21,074 bases of DNA from Candidatus Thorarchaeota archaeon (GCA_048882385.1 JBHLRQ010000052.1:1-21074), one strand, 5' to 3'; numbered from the stretch's first letter, positions 1-8,868 are shown. Numbers and translations are program-made. The notes: generated by a model from the letters alone, not told the origin.

Positions 1-36
1 ATGTGGTTCACCCTTGACCTCTAGGAGGGAAAATAA

Positions 37-894
37 TTGACTCTGAGAGTTGCGATTCCTGACACTGCTTTGACTGATTGTTCAGACCTACGACAGAAAA
101 CCGAGAAAGCTGGTTCAATTGCTCGAGCACTAGCAGTGTTTCGTGTGGATGCTGTATATATCTACGATACAGGGGCCCTCACTGCTAGTAGAAAACGAGA
201 TGCGGATCTACTGACAAAGTTACTCAGGTTCATGGACACACCACAATACCTCAGAAAAAGGATATTTCCAAAATCTCCCTCTCTCAAATATGCAGGTATT
301 CTTCCTCCGCTGAGAATCAGAAGCCATCCTTTGGAGAGCACTAAGTCTGAACTTCAGGAAGGTGCTGTAAGGTGGGGTGTTCAAGTTCGGGTTGGTAAGA
401 TTGACTTGGGCCTCAATAGTCACGTCAACTATCCCAAGACAATAAGTGAACGTGATCCGACATTATTCCGAATTATGAAGACATCGCCCCATATTACACT
501 CGAAGTTATTGATCGAGATGATGTCGAAGAATATTGGGGATTCAAAGTCGAACGTGTTCGTGAGCTCAGTAGTCTGCTGAAAGAGGCTGAGGATACTACT
601 AGAATCGGTTTTTCGAGGAATGCACCCCTCTTTCATAGAATTGAATCAGATCTGAAATCGACAATTGCAGGGACTCAGTCTATACTAGCAATATTCGGTG
701 GTCCAGGTCATGGTATCCTTGAGGTCTTTAAAGAAGATCGAGAAACCGTCAAGTCAAACATTGATTTCTGGGTAAATACAATTCCTGATCAAGGCACCGA
801 AACGGTACGTCTTAATGAAGCAATACTAGTTAGTCTTGGTGTTCTAAACAGCTCGTTTGGACAACTTATTGCTAAACCCGGCTATTATGAATGA
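37..894 (+). CDS. SPOUT-family RNA methyltransferase (DUF171 / MTH1 / SPOUT1-like)
   Basis: Family motifs seen: 'VAIPD', 'IARALAVFRVD', 'TPQYLRK', 'LKYAGILPPL' and the C-terminal knot 'WVNTIPDQGTETVRLNEA'. TTG start follows an AGGAGG SD. This family usually lies directly upstream of archaeal rpl3. Confidence 0.9.
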   Translation: MTLRVAIPDTALTDCSDLRQKTEKAGSIARALAVFRVDAVYIYDTGALTASRKRDADLLTKLLRFMDTPQYLRKRIFPKSPSLKYAGILPPLRIRSHPLESTKSELQEGAVRWGVQVRVGKIDLGLNSHVNYPKTISERDPTLFRIMKTSPHITLEVIDRDDVEEYWGFKVERVRELSSLLKEAEDTTRIGFSRNAPLFHRIESDLKSTIAGTQSILAIFGGPGHGILEVFKEDRETVKSNIDFWVNTIPDQGTETVRLNEAILVSLGVLNSSFGQLIAKPGYYE

Positions 895-916
895 AACGCT
901 AATGCATGCATGCGTG

Positions 917-964
917 ACCTTTATAGAAGAAATTGGATAGATGAATTGGAAGATTCAGTGAGGA
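917..964 (+). promoter_or_regulatory. Putative TATA box and SD for the glycyl radical enzyme gene
   Basis: TTTATAG at 920-926, about 50 nt upstream of ATG 972. GTGAGGA SD at 958-964. Short direct repeats lie between them. Confidence 0.45.
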
Positions 965-971
965 TTCATTG

Positions 972-3338
972 ATGCAGTCTGAAAGGGTGAAGAAGCTTCG
1001 CGACCAAAGTGTAGGAACAAAGCCCTACATCTCATCTGAGAGAGCTGAACTCCTTACAGATTTCTACCAGAGTGGGGGTGCAGACATGGTTTCAACACCT
1101 GTTGCAAGAGCTCTGGCGTTCAAACATATTCTGGAAAATAAGACAATCTGCATCAATGATGGAGAGTTAATTGTTGGAGAGAGAGGTCCAGCACCACGGG
1201 CATCACCCACATATCCAGAACTATGTTGTCATTCACTCAACGATCTTGATATCGCAAACTCTCGAGAAAGAACTCCGTTTCTGTTGAGTGAATCTGTTCG
1301 AAAAACCTACCGCGATGAGATTATACCCTTTTGGACTGGAAGGACAATGCGTGAACGAGTGTTCGAAGCAATGTCTGATGAGTGGATGGCTGCATTCGAT
1401 GCTGGTGTGTTCACAGAGTTCATGGAGCAAAGAGCTCCTGGACATGCCATCTTGGACGACAAAATCTATCACAAAGGTTTCTTAGACTTCATTGATGATA
1501 TCGAGAAACATCTGTCCAATCTCGATTATCATAACGATTCTGAAGCATACGACAAGGAACAGGAACTGAAAGCGATGAAGATTGCTGCTGAAGCAGTCAT
1601 TTTCTTTGCTAGACGTCATGCAGATATGGCACGAGAACTTGTTGAAGTTGAAACTGATTCTAGAAGGAAAGAAGAACTCCTTCGTATTGCAGAGATATGT
1701 GAACACGTCCCTGCACATGCACCTCGTAACTTCTGGGAGGCATTACAATCATATTGGTTTGTTCATCTTGGTGTCATCATTGAACTCAATGTCTGGGACA
1801 GTTTCAACCCAGGCAGGCTAGATCTGAACCTTTTCCCGTTCTATGAGAGAGAACTCAGAGATGGAACTCCCACAAGAGATTATGCAAAGGAATTGCTACA
1901 GTGTTTCTGGATTAAGTTCAATAACCAGCCTGCTCCCCTTAAGGTTTCAATCACAGAACAACAGAGTGGAACCTATCAGGACTTTGCTTTAATTAACACT
2001 GGTGGTCTAACACAGGATGGCAAAGATGCTGTTAATGAGTTGTCATACCTGATTCTTGAAGTATGTAATGAGATGCGATTGATTCAACCAAGTGTATGCA
2101 TCCAACTGAGTAATGAAAATCCAGAACAGTTTCTGATGAGTGCAGTTGATGTTGTCAAAGAGGGTTTTGGACAACCATCGATGTTCAATACTGATGTTAT
2201 ATTGAAAGAGTTTGTCCGAGCTGGAAAGTCTATCGAAGATGCCAGGACTGGTGGTCCTAGTGGTTGTGTTACAATCAGTGCTTTTGGGAAAGAGAGCTGT
2301 ATTCTGACTGGCTACTGCAATTGGCCAAAGATACTAGAAATCACACTAAACAACGGAATAGATCCTCGAACTAGTGAGAAAGTGGGTATTGAAACTGGTA
2401 ATCCTATTGATTTCAAATCATTTGATGAACTATTTTCAGCATATAAGAAACAGTTGGCATATTTCATTGATCTCAAAATCAAGGGTAACAACATCATCGA
2501 GAGACTCTATGCAAGATACATGCCCGCTCCCTTCATGTCGTTACTCTTTGATGATTGTATAGCAAAGGGGAAGGACTACCACGATGGAGGGCCCCGCTAC
2601 AACTCCACATATATCCAAGGAGTTGGAATGGGGACTATCTCTGACTCACTCTCAGCAATCAAGTATCACATTTTTGATAAAACTGAGTTCACCATGGAGG
2701 AGCTATTGAAGGGACTGAGAACTGATTTTAAAGACAACGAAGTTATGAGAATGACCCTTCTCAACAAGACTCCAAAGTATGGAAATGATGATGACTATGC
2801 AGACAAACAAGCAAAAGATGTGTTTAATGCATATTTTGACCTCATAGATGGTCGTCCTAATACAAAGGGTGGCGAGTACCGTGTGAACCTGCTACCTACT
2901 ACAGTCCACGTCTACTTTGGACAGATGACTGGTGCAACACCCGATGGTCGAACAGCTAGCTCCCCATTGTCCGATGGTATCTCTCCGAGTCATGGTGCTG
3001 ACACAAAAGGTCCTACTGCAGTCATCAAATCAGTAGCGAAAATTGATCACTGGAAGACTGGAGGAACACTTCTTAATCAGAAATTCATGCCAGAGGTTCT
3101 GGCCGATGCTGAGGGGCGAAGGAAACTCGGTGACCTTGTGAGGACCTACTTCAAACTTGGTGGGCATCATATTCAGTTCAATGTCATCAAGGCGGAAACT
3201 CTCAGAAACGCTCAAGCCCACCCTGAGAACTATCAGAACCTCATTGTCAGAGTTGCTGGTTACTCAGACTACTTTGTGAATATTGGGAAGGACCTCCAGA
3301 ATGAGATTCTTGCACGGACAGAACAGAATCGATTCTGA
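972..3338 (+). CDS. Glycyl radical enzyme, trans-4-hydroxy-L-proline dehydratase (HypD/PflD)-like, with atypical CVT active-site motif
   Basis: C-terminal glycyl radical motif RVAGYS (Gly codon 3258-3260) and Cys loop SGCVT (Cys codon 2265-2267). HypD-type blocks 'FTEFMEQRAPGH', 'ELNVWDSF', 'KFNNQPAP', 'TYQDFA', 'LPTTVH'. About 788 aa. ORF track starts at TTG 969; ATG 972 fits the SD spacing. Confidence 0.9.
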   Translation: MQSERVKKLRDQSVGTKPYISSERAELLTDFYQSGGADMVSTPVARALAFKHILENKTICINDGELIVGERGPAPRASPTYPELCCHSLNDLDIANSRERTPFLLSESVRKTYRDEIIPFWTGRTMRERVFEAMSDEWMAAFDAGVFTEFMEQRAPGHAILDDKIYHKGFLDFIDDIEKHLSNLDYHNDSEAYDKEQELKAMKIAAEAVIFFARRHADMARELVEVETDSRRKEELLRIAEICEHVPAHAPRNFWEALQSYWFVHLGVIIELNVWDSFNPGRLDLNLFPFYERELRDGTPTRDYAKELLQCFWIKFNNQPAPLKVSITEQQSGTYQDFALINTGGLTQDGKDAVNELSYLILEVCNEMRLIQPSVCIQLSNENPEQFLMSAVDVVKEGFGQPSMFNTDVILKEFVRAGKSIEDARTGGPSGCVTISAFGKESCILTGYCNWPKILEITLNNGIDPRTSEKVGIETGNPIDFKSFDELFSAYKKQLAYFIDLKIKGNNIIERLYARYMPAPFMSLLFDDCIAKGKDYHDGGPRYNSTYIQGVGMGTISDSLSAIKYHIFDKTEFTMEELLKGLRTDFKDNEVMRMTLLNKTPKYGNDDDYADKQAKDVFNAYFDLIDGRPNTKGGEYRVNLLPTTVHVYFGQMTGATPDGRTASSPLSDGISPSHGADTKGPTAVIKSVAKIDHWKTGGTLLNQKFMPEVLADAEGRRKLGDLVRTYFKLGGHHIQFNVIKAETLRNAQAHPENYQNLIVRVAGYSDYFVNIGKDLQNEILARTEQNRF

Positions 3339-3411
3339 TTTGGAAATTGAAATGCAGGTTCTACGAAAGAATGAAAACAATCCGTAACGAATGTATTCCT
3401 GTGGTCGGGAT

Positions 3412-4764
3412 ATGGAAGACGCACAGGTGAATACTGGGTGGTCCCTTAGAATCAATGGTATCTTTCCAAGAGTTATTCTCTGGCTAGTGATTTCAATTGT
3501 TGTTGATCTTCCAGGGCTCTATTCTGTATCAGGGTCAGGATGGAATTCTACTAGTATCCTAAGACAATCCTTGGGAGAGATTTCCAGTACCGCTTTTCTT
3601 GGGGTCTTGTTCTTTCTTGGTGCAAATCTCTTTCTATCATCTCAATTCGTTAGAACTTATGAAAGAAAACAACAACTGGTAAAGCCTTTCATCATGTTTC
3701 TATTATTGACAGCTCTGTATCTCGTATTTCATTCAATCATTATATTCAATACTTTCACACAATTTGGAGAAGTTGGTGCTGAGATCAATCTGGCATTTGT
3801 CTACGGAGCACTTCTTGCTGTACCTATAGTTTCTTTCATTTTTTGCTCACTGGCTGCTGGACTTGCAATCATAGTTGATGACTGGAGAAGTAGCACAATA
3901 GCAGGTTGCAGTCTATTTCTTGTAGTAAATCTCTTTCTTGGAATGCCTCACGCTCCTGCACTCTACCCTGAGATATCACTCTTCAGTCCCTCTCATTTCT
4001 ATCGAGCAGTAATGCTAGTACTTTCTGGTCTCTTTTCCCTAGTACCACTATCTATTCAAAATTGGGCTGGACTGTATTCACTCAATTATATAATCGCACC
4101 ATTGATTGTCTACATCACTCTATCTTTGATTTCAGTTTGGGCCATAATACAGTACGGAAAAGAGAATCAGCAACGACGACAATTATTACACAGATCTGAT
4201 ACAATCCAGGAGACTGAACAAGAACAGAGGGAAGAGACGAGACTTAGAAATCGACTAAAGGCACGAAGGAGAGCTGTGTTGGTGGGCTTTTTGGTATTCA
4301 GCTTGTTAATACCTATCAGTGGATATTCATACACATCAAGTAGAGCATATGACATACGCACGGTAATCTATGAAGACGTGCTTCAACCAACGAACGGTGA
4401 ACTATTCTACGAATCATTCACCACCGAGGTACTCCCTCCAGATATCACTCAGTGGATTGGATTTCCACTAGACATCATTGAATGGGGGCAAAGTCCAAGT
4501 TCAATTACATTTGAGTACGTGTTCAGAGCTGGATTCATACAAGATTTCTTCAATATGAATGAAAGTAGCCGTTGGCGGTTATCGCGTAGTATTATCCTAG
4601 AAGCTGACCAGACACAGTACTTGTACAATACCTATTCTGGACTTGATGAGCTTGGCGGACCGCATTACTGGGTGTTTCGGTTCCGTAGTGATGATTGGAC
4701 TTCTGAACAAGTCGGACTAAGAATAAGAATCTCGGTGGTTCTTAGAGAAATGCCAGAGATATAA
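3412..4764 (+). CDS. Hypothetical multi-pass membrane protein (about 6 TM ABC-2-permease-like N-part, charged linker, 7th TM, soluble C-terminal domain)
   Basis: ORF of 450-457 aa (track start 3391; ATG 3412 follows GTGGT). Hydrophobic helices, an 'SLFSPSHFY' segment resembling ABC-2 permeases, an E/Q/R-rich helix, then a TM and a roughly 140-aa hydrophilic domain. Confidence 0.6.
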   Translation: MEDAQVNTGWSLRINGIFPRVILWLVISIVVDLPGLYSVSGSGWNSTSILRQSLGEISSTAFLGVLFFLGANLFLSSQFVRTYERKQQLVKPFIMFLLLTALYLVFHSIIIFNTFTQFGEVGAEINLAFVYGALLAVPIVSFIFCSLAAGLAIIVDDWRSSTIAGCSLFLVVNLFLGMPHAPALYPEISLFSPSHFYRAVMLVLSGLFSLVPLSIQNWAGLYSLNYIIAPLIVYITLSLISVWAIIQYGKENQQRRQLLHRSDTIQETEQEQREETRLRNRLKARRRAVLVGFLVFSLLIPISGYSYTSSRAYDIRTVIYEDVLQPTNGELFYESFTTEVLPPDITQWIGFPLDIIEWGQSPSSITFEYVFRAGFIQDFFNMNESSRWRLSRSIILEADQTQYLYNTYSGLDELGGPHYWVFRFRSDDWTSEQVGLRIRISVVLREMPEI

Positions 4765-4814
4765 TCAACCAAAACTAACGACGTACTTCATTCTGGCCAT
4801 CATCTCTTCTTCTT

Positions 4815-5810
4815 TTACCCTTTATCCTTAGATTTCAATAGAGGATTAATTATATAGAGTACTCCAAAGGTCAACCACAACACCGACCACATCACTCGCG
4901 CAAAAAAGCTTGGGTAAAAGTATGTATAGATGAAGGTGTCCATGGGAGATAGTTGCATAAAAGCAGGCTCTGGTTCGATGAAGAACCATGAGTAATCCAA
5001 AGGAATGGGAAAGAGGGAACATCCAGTAATGTTCCAATAGTATATCCCTGCAGATGGACTCACTTTTGCAGCTACTAAATTCAGATGCATCTGATACACA
5101 ATTGGGAGGTATACGATGAAGAGGGCAATGAGTATCACACTTCTGATTGGATGAGTCTTCAGATTATCTATAATCACCCCTGTTCTACTTCCAAAAGAAG
5201 GAGTAGTAGGTCCTTGCGAAGTATCCCTTGTTCCCTCTTGAGATTTCCACCATGACTTTTCTTTCTTCTCGTCATTTTCATCAATCCACTCTGTACTCGA
5301 TTCGGCCTCTGTCTTTATCTTGTGGGAAAATCTCACTAAGGCATACCCCACAATGAATTGAATCGGGATTGGCCCAACATATGCAAAGATCATCCATTGA
5401 ACAACATAGAACATCCCATAAAGACCAAGGATTATTGGAGGAACGAGTGAGAGATATCCTACAATCATGACACTTCTTCTAGAAATATCATTGATATGGT
5501 ATCGGATCACTTGAGCTGCAAAGAGGATATTCAAGAACCAAATTGGAAATGTAATGAAGAGAATGGTGGGATTCAGAGGAACTAGCCCATAACCCTCCAC
5601 ACCAATTCCCATTGGATTGGAGTGAAGGGGAGCAGGAAAATATGACCAGAGAACTGCTATGACCATTAGGTCAACATAATATCCTTCTAGGTAACTATAG
5701 CCGCCACCCAGTGATACAACCGAAACAGGACACAACAGAGTGACTGCTACCATTAAAATGAATATTAAGTCCGTTGAATGTTCGATAACTTTGTCTTTGA
5801 TCCCTACCAC
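4815..5810 (-). CDS. Hypothetical membrane protein, two hydrophobic modules joined by a hydrophilic linker
   Basis: 331-aa ORF with about 5 TM segments in the N-part and 2 in the C-part. GTG start preceded by a purine-rich GAGG/AGGA SD-like stretch. No recognisable family motif. Confidence 0.6.
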   Translation of the reverse strand: MVGIKDKVIEHSTDLIFILMVAVTLLCPVSVVSLGGGYSYLEGYYVDLMVIAVLWSYFPAPLHSNPMGIGVEGYGLVPLNPTILFITFPIWFLNILFAAQVIRYHINDISRRSVMIVGYLSLVPPIILGLYGMFYVVQWMIFAYVGPIPIQFIVGYALVRFSHKIKTEAESSTEWIDENDEKKEKSWWKSQEGTRDTSQGPTTPSFGSRTGVIIDNLKTHPIRSVILIALFIVYLPIVYQMHLNLVAAKVSPSAGIYYWNITGCSLFPIPLDYSWFFIEPEPAFMQLSPMDTFIYTYFYPSFFARVMWSVLWLTFGVLYIINPLLKSKDKG

Positions 5811-6042
5811 TCCTTTTGCCTCAATTTCTCCATGATTGTGAGAATTGGTATGCTAGCACCTTGCTAATACACTTTCCCAATTCCTTCTTGAGTCTAAAAA
5901 AGAAGTTCAATCATTTTGATGAATCTGTGAAGTTATGTTATAGAGCAATGTTAAAAAGGATAGTAAAAAGGCTCGTGACAAGTTAGTACGAATAGCCCCA
6001 GTCTAGAGGCCGTTCGATACGGATATTATTGTGGTGTTTGAT

Positions 6043-7050
6043 TTGGCACACAGAAAGAAGAACGCACCAAGGCGTGGAAGTCTAGCATACTTACCACGAG
6101 GTAGAGCTTCTAAATTCGTGCCCCGTATCAAGAATTGGCCTGAGTACAATGACTCGGCTGCAAAACTACTTGGTTTCATCGGCTATAAAGCCGGTATGAC
6201 ACATGCGGTGATGACTATCGATAATCCAAACAGTCCCTTCAAGGGGCAAGAAACCGTAGTTCCGGTCACTGTCATCGATACTCCACCGATAAGACCATTC
6301 TCAATTCGTGGTTATGAAGCCACGCCCTATGGTCTAAAACTAGTTAGTGAGGTTCTTGCAGAAACTCTCGCAGAGGACTTACGGAAAGCCATGCCCTTTC
6401 CCAAAGACTATGATCATGAAGCCAAGATGAAAGAGTTCGAGGAGAAACTCGACTCACTTGCCGAGATTAGGATGCTAATCCACACTCAGCCAAGACTTGC
6501 TGGAGTATCGAAGAAGAAGCCTGACATTACAGAGTACAAAGTAGGCGCCCCCAGTGTGATAGAAGCCTTTGAATATGCTCAGAGTGTTCTAGGTACAGAT
6601 GTGCGTGTCGCTGATATCCTCAATGAGGGGATTCTAGTTGATAGCATTGCTGTGACAAAAGGACACGGTTTTCAGGGTCCTGTACGTCGCTGGGGTGTAC
6701 GAATTCTTCAACACAAATCCCGAAAGACAAAGCGTGGTGTGGGTTGTATTGGTCCATGGACTCCTACTAACATCAGGTATTCCGTACCTCGTCCAGGACA
6801 AACTGGTTTTCACACTCGGACCAGCTTTAACAATAAAGTCATGAAGATGGGTGAGCGTGGTGAAGAAATTACACCCTCCGGAGGTTTCGTAAACTACGGA
6901 GTGATACGTGGCGACTACATAATGCTTCACGGATCTATCCCTGGTACAGTGAAGAGACCAGTGAGATTCAGATTCGCTATTCGTCCAAAGAAGAAACACG
7001 TGGATGCACCCTCTCCGGTGAGCTATATCAGCACATCCTCAAAGCAGTAG
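6043..7050 (+). CDS. rpl3: 50S ribosomal protein uL3
   Basis: 'HRKKNAPRRGSLAYLPR', 'GYKAGMTH', 'TKGHGFQGPVRRWG', 'GQTGFHTRT', 'GGFVNYG'. Probable TTG start at 6043 after GGTG SD (track start 6031). Confidence 0.98.
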   Translation: MAHRKKNAPRRGSLAYLPRGRASKFVPRIKNWPEYNDSAAKLLGFIGYKAGMTHAVMTIDNPNSPFKGQETVVPVTVIDTPPIRPFSIRGYEATPYGLKLVSEVLAETLAEDLRKAMPFPKDYDHEAKMKEFEEKLDSLAEIRMLIHTQPRLAGVSKKKPDITEYKVGAPSVIEAFEYAQSVLGTDVRVADILNEGILVDSIAVTKGHGFQGPVRRWGVRILQHKSRKTKRGVGCIGPWTPTNIRYSVPRPGQTGFHTRTSFNNKVMKMGERGEEITPSGGFVNYGVIRGDYIMLHGSIPGTVKRPVRFRFAIRPKKKHVDAPSPVSYISTSSKQ

Positions 7051-7063
7051 GAGATGATTATCT

Positions 7064-7855
7064 ATGGCAAGTGTGAAAGCATTTACATTGAAGGGCAAGG
7101 TCATCAAAGAGAGGGTAACACTACCTTCCCATTTTGACACACCCTACCGCCCGGATGTTATTAAGAGAGCAGTCTTAGCAGTACAATCACGAAAACGGCA
7201 ACCCCACGGAGTTGACGAACTAGCTGGAAAGCGGAACACTGCCCAGAGCTGGCAGACTGGACATGGTAGGTCAAGAATGCCACGTATAAAGGGAAGTGGT
7301 ACAAGTGCAGCCAACAAGGCTGGATTTGCTCCTGGCACAGTTGGAGGTCGTGTTGCACATCCTCCTGAAGCACGAAAAGTACTCGTTGAGCGTATCAATA
7401 CAAAGGAAAATCGACTAGCAATTCGTTCAGCCATCGCTGCTTCCGCAAATCCTGAATTTGTCAAGGCACGTGGTCATAAGATAGAAAATATTCCTCAGAT
7501 ACCGATGGTAGTAAGTGACAAGTTAGAATCCATGTCCACTACAAAGGAAGTCTTTGAGGCATTGATTCTTTTGGGTTTAGGAGATGACCTTGATAGAGCT
7601 AGTAATGGTCGTAATATCAGGGCTGGAAAAGGGAAGATGCGTGGCCGAAAGATGAAGACTCCCAAGTCCCTACTCATAGTAGTAGGTACAGACTCTGGAA
7701 TTGGAAAGGCAGCTCGAAATCTTCCTGGAGTGGATATCACAGAAGTTCACGGGCTAAACGCTGAACTGTTGGCTCCTGGAACACATCCCGGTCGCCTAGT
7801 GGTCTGGACAAGATCCGCCATAGACAGGCTTCAGAAGGAGAACCTATTCATCTGA
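7064..7855 (+). CDS. rpl4: 50S ribosomal protein uL4
   Basis: 'RPDVIKRAV', 'GGRVAHPP', 'RAGKGKMRGR', 'LAPGTHPGRLVVWT'. Directly follows rpl3. Confidence 0.98.
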   Translation: MASVKAFTLKGKVIKERVTLPSHFDTPYRPDVIKRAVLAVQSRKRQPHGVDELAGKRNTAQSWQTGHGRSRMPRIKGSGTSAANKAGFAPGTVGGRVAHPPEARKVLVERINTKENRLAIRSAIAASANPEFVKARGHKIENIPQIPMVVSDKLESMSTTKEVFEALILLGLGDDLDRASNGRNIRAGKGKMRGRKMKTPKSLLIVVGTDSGIGKAARNLPGVDITEVHGLNAELLAPGTHPGRLVVWTRSAIDRLQKENLFI

Positions 7856-7865
7856 GGTGAGTGTG

Positions 7866-8129
7866 ATGAGAGATCCAAATGAAATCATTATCCGCCCCGT
7901 TGTCACAGAAGCCAGTCTTGAGGCTGTGGATGAGGAGAACAAGCTCATCTTTTATGTTGTCAGAACAGCGAACAAGAACACAATCAGGTGGGCAGTAGAG
8001 TCCCTATACGAGGTTGTTGTTGAAAAAGTCAATACTATGATAATGCCCGATGGAAAGAAGAAGGCATTTGTCAAACTGGCACCAGAATATAGTGCCGCAG
8101 AGGTTGCAACAAGCCTCGGGATATTCTAA
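7866..8129 (+). CDS. rpl23: 50S ribosomal protein uL23
   Basis: 'PVVTE', 'NKLIFYV', 'VNTMI..GKKKAFVKL', 'A..LGIF'. GAGGTGA SD at 7854-7860 favours ATG 7866 (track start GTG 7857). Confidence 0.97.
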   Translation: MRDPNEIIIRPVVTEASLEAVDEENKLIFYVVRTANKNTIRWAVESLYEVVVEKVNTMIMPDGKKKAFVKLAPEYSAAEVATSLGIF

Positions 8130-8141
8130 GGAGGTCTTTGA

Positions 8142-8861
8142 ATGGGTAGACGAATTCTGGTTCAGCGAAAAGGTCGAGGAACAACCCAGTGGAGGTCTCC
8201 ACGCCACAAGAAGATTGCACCAGCAAGACATCCCAAATGGGCTCCAAACAAGACCTATGTGGGTACTATTGTAAATCTTCATCATGAGTCTGGTAGAGGT
8301 GCCCCTCTTGCTGAGATTCGATATGAAGGTGAGTCAAAGATTCACTTCATGGTCGCTCCTGAAGGTGCTCAGGTTGGTCAAATTGTAGAGTGTGGAGAAG
8401 AGGCATCATTAGCAAACGGTAACACACTGATCCTCGAACATATTCCTGAAGGTACTCCTGTCTATAACATAGAAGGTAGTCCTGGTGATGGAGGAAAATA
8501 TGTCAAGTCATCAGGTCTTGCAGCCACAATTGTGTCAATTGACAAATCAAAGGCTATGGTCAGATTACCTAGTGGTAGGCAAAAAGCTTTCAGTCCAAGA
8601 TGCCGAGCCACAATCGGTATTGTAGCTGGTGGTGGACGCCAAGAGAAACCCTTCTTGAAGGCTGGTGCAGTCTGGCATCATACTCGAGGAAAAGCAAGAA
8701 AATGGCCTGTTGTTCGAGGTGCTGCAATGAATGCTGCATCACATCCACATGGCGGTGGTTCTCATCAATCACCTGGTAGACCAACTACTGTGAGTAGACA
8801 TGCTCCACCTGGACGTAAGGTGGGCAATATTGCGGCTAGAAGAACTGGTCGCAAGAAGTAA
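8142..8861 (+). CDS. rpl2: 50S ribosomal protein uL2
   Basis: 'MGRRILVQRKGRG', 'GRGAPLA', 'WPVVRGAAMNAASHPHGGG', 'PPGRKVGNIAARRTGR'. GGAGGT SD. Confidence 0.98.
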   Translation: MGRRILVQRKGRGTTQWRSPRHKKIAPARHPKWAPNKTYVGTIVNLHHESGRGAPLAEIRYEGESKIHFMVAPEGAQVGQIVECGEEASLANGNTLILEHIPEGTPVYNIEGSPGDGGKYVKSSGLAATIVSIDKSKAMVRLPSGRQKAFSPRCRATIGIVAGGGRQEKPFLKAGAVWHHTRGKARKWPVVRGAAMNAASHPHGGGSHQSPGRPTTVSRHAPPGRKVGNIAARRTGRKK

Positions 8862-8868
8862 ATGAGAT

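Noticed and set aside
1-24. Short frame MWFTLDL ending in TAG before the SPOUT SD
   Set aside because: Probably the 3' end of an upstream gene, but too short to identify.
6634-8285. Antisense and alternate-frame ORFs of 60-120 aa within r-protein genes, and similar ones within the GRE, ftsZ, mch, fwdC and ftr
   Set aside because: They lie within or across well-supported conserved genes, as expected for shadow ORFs.
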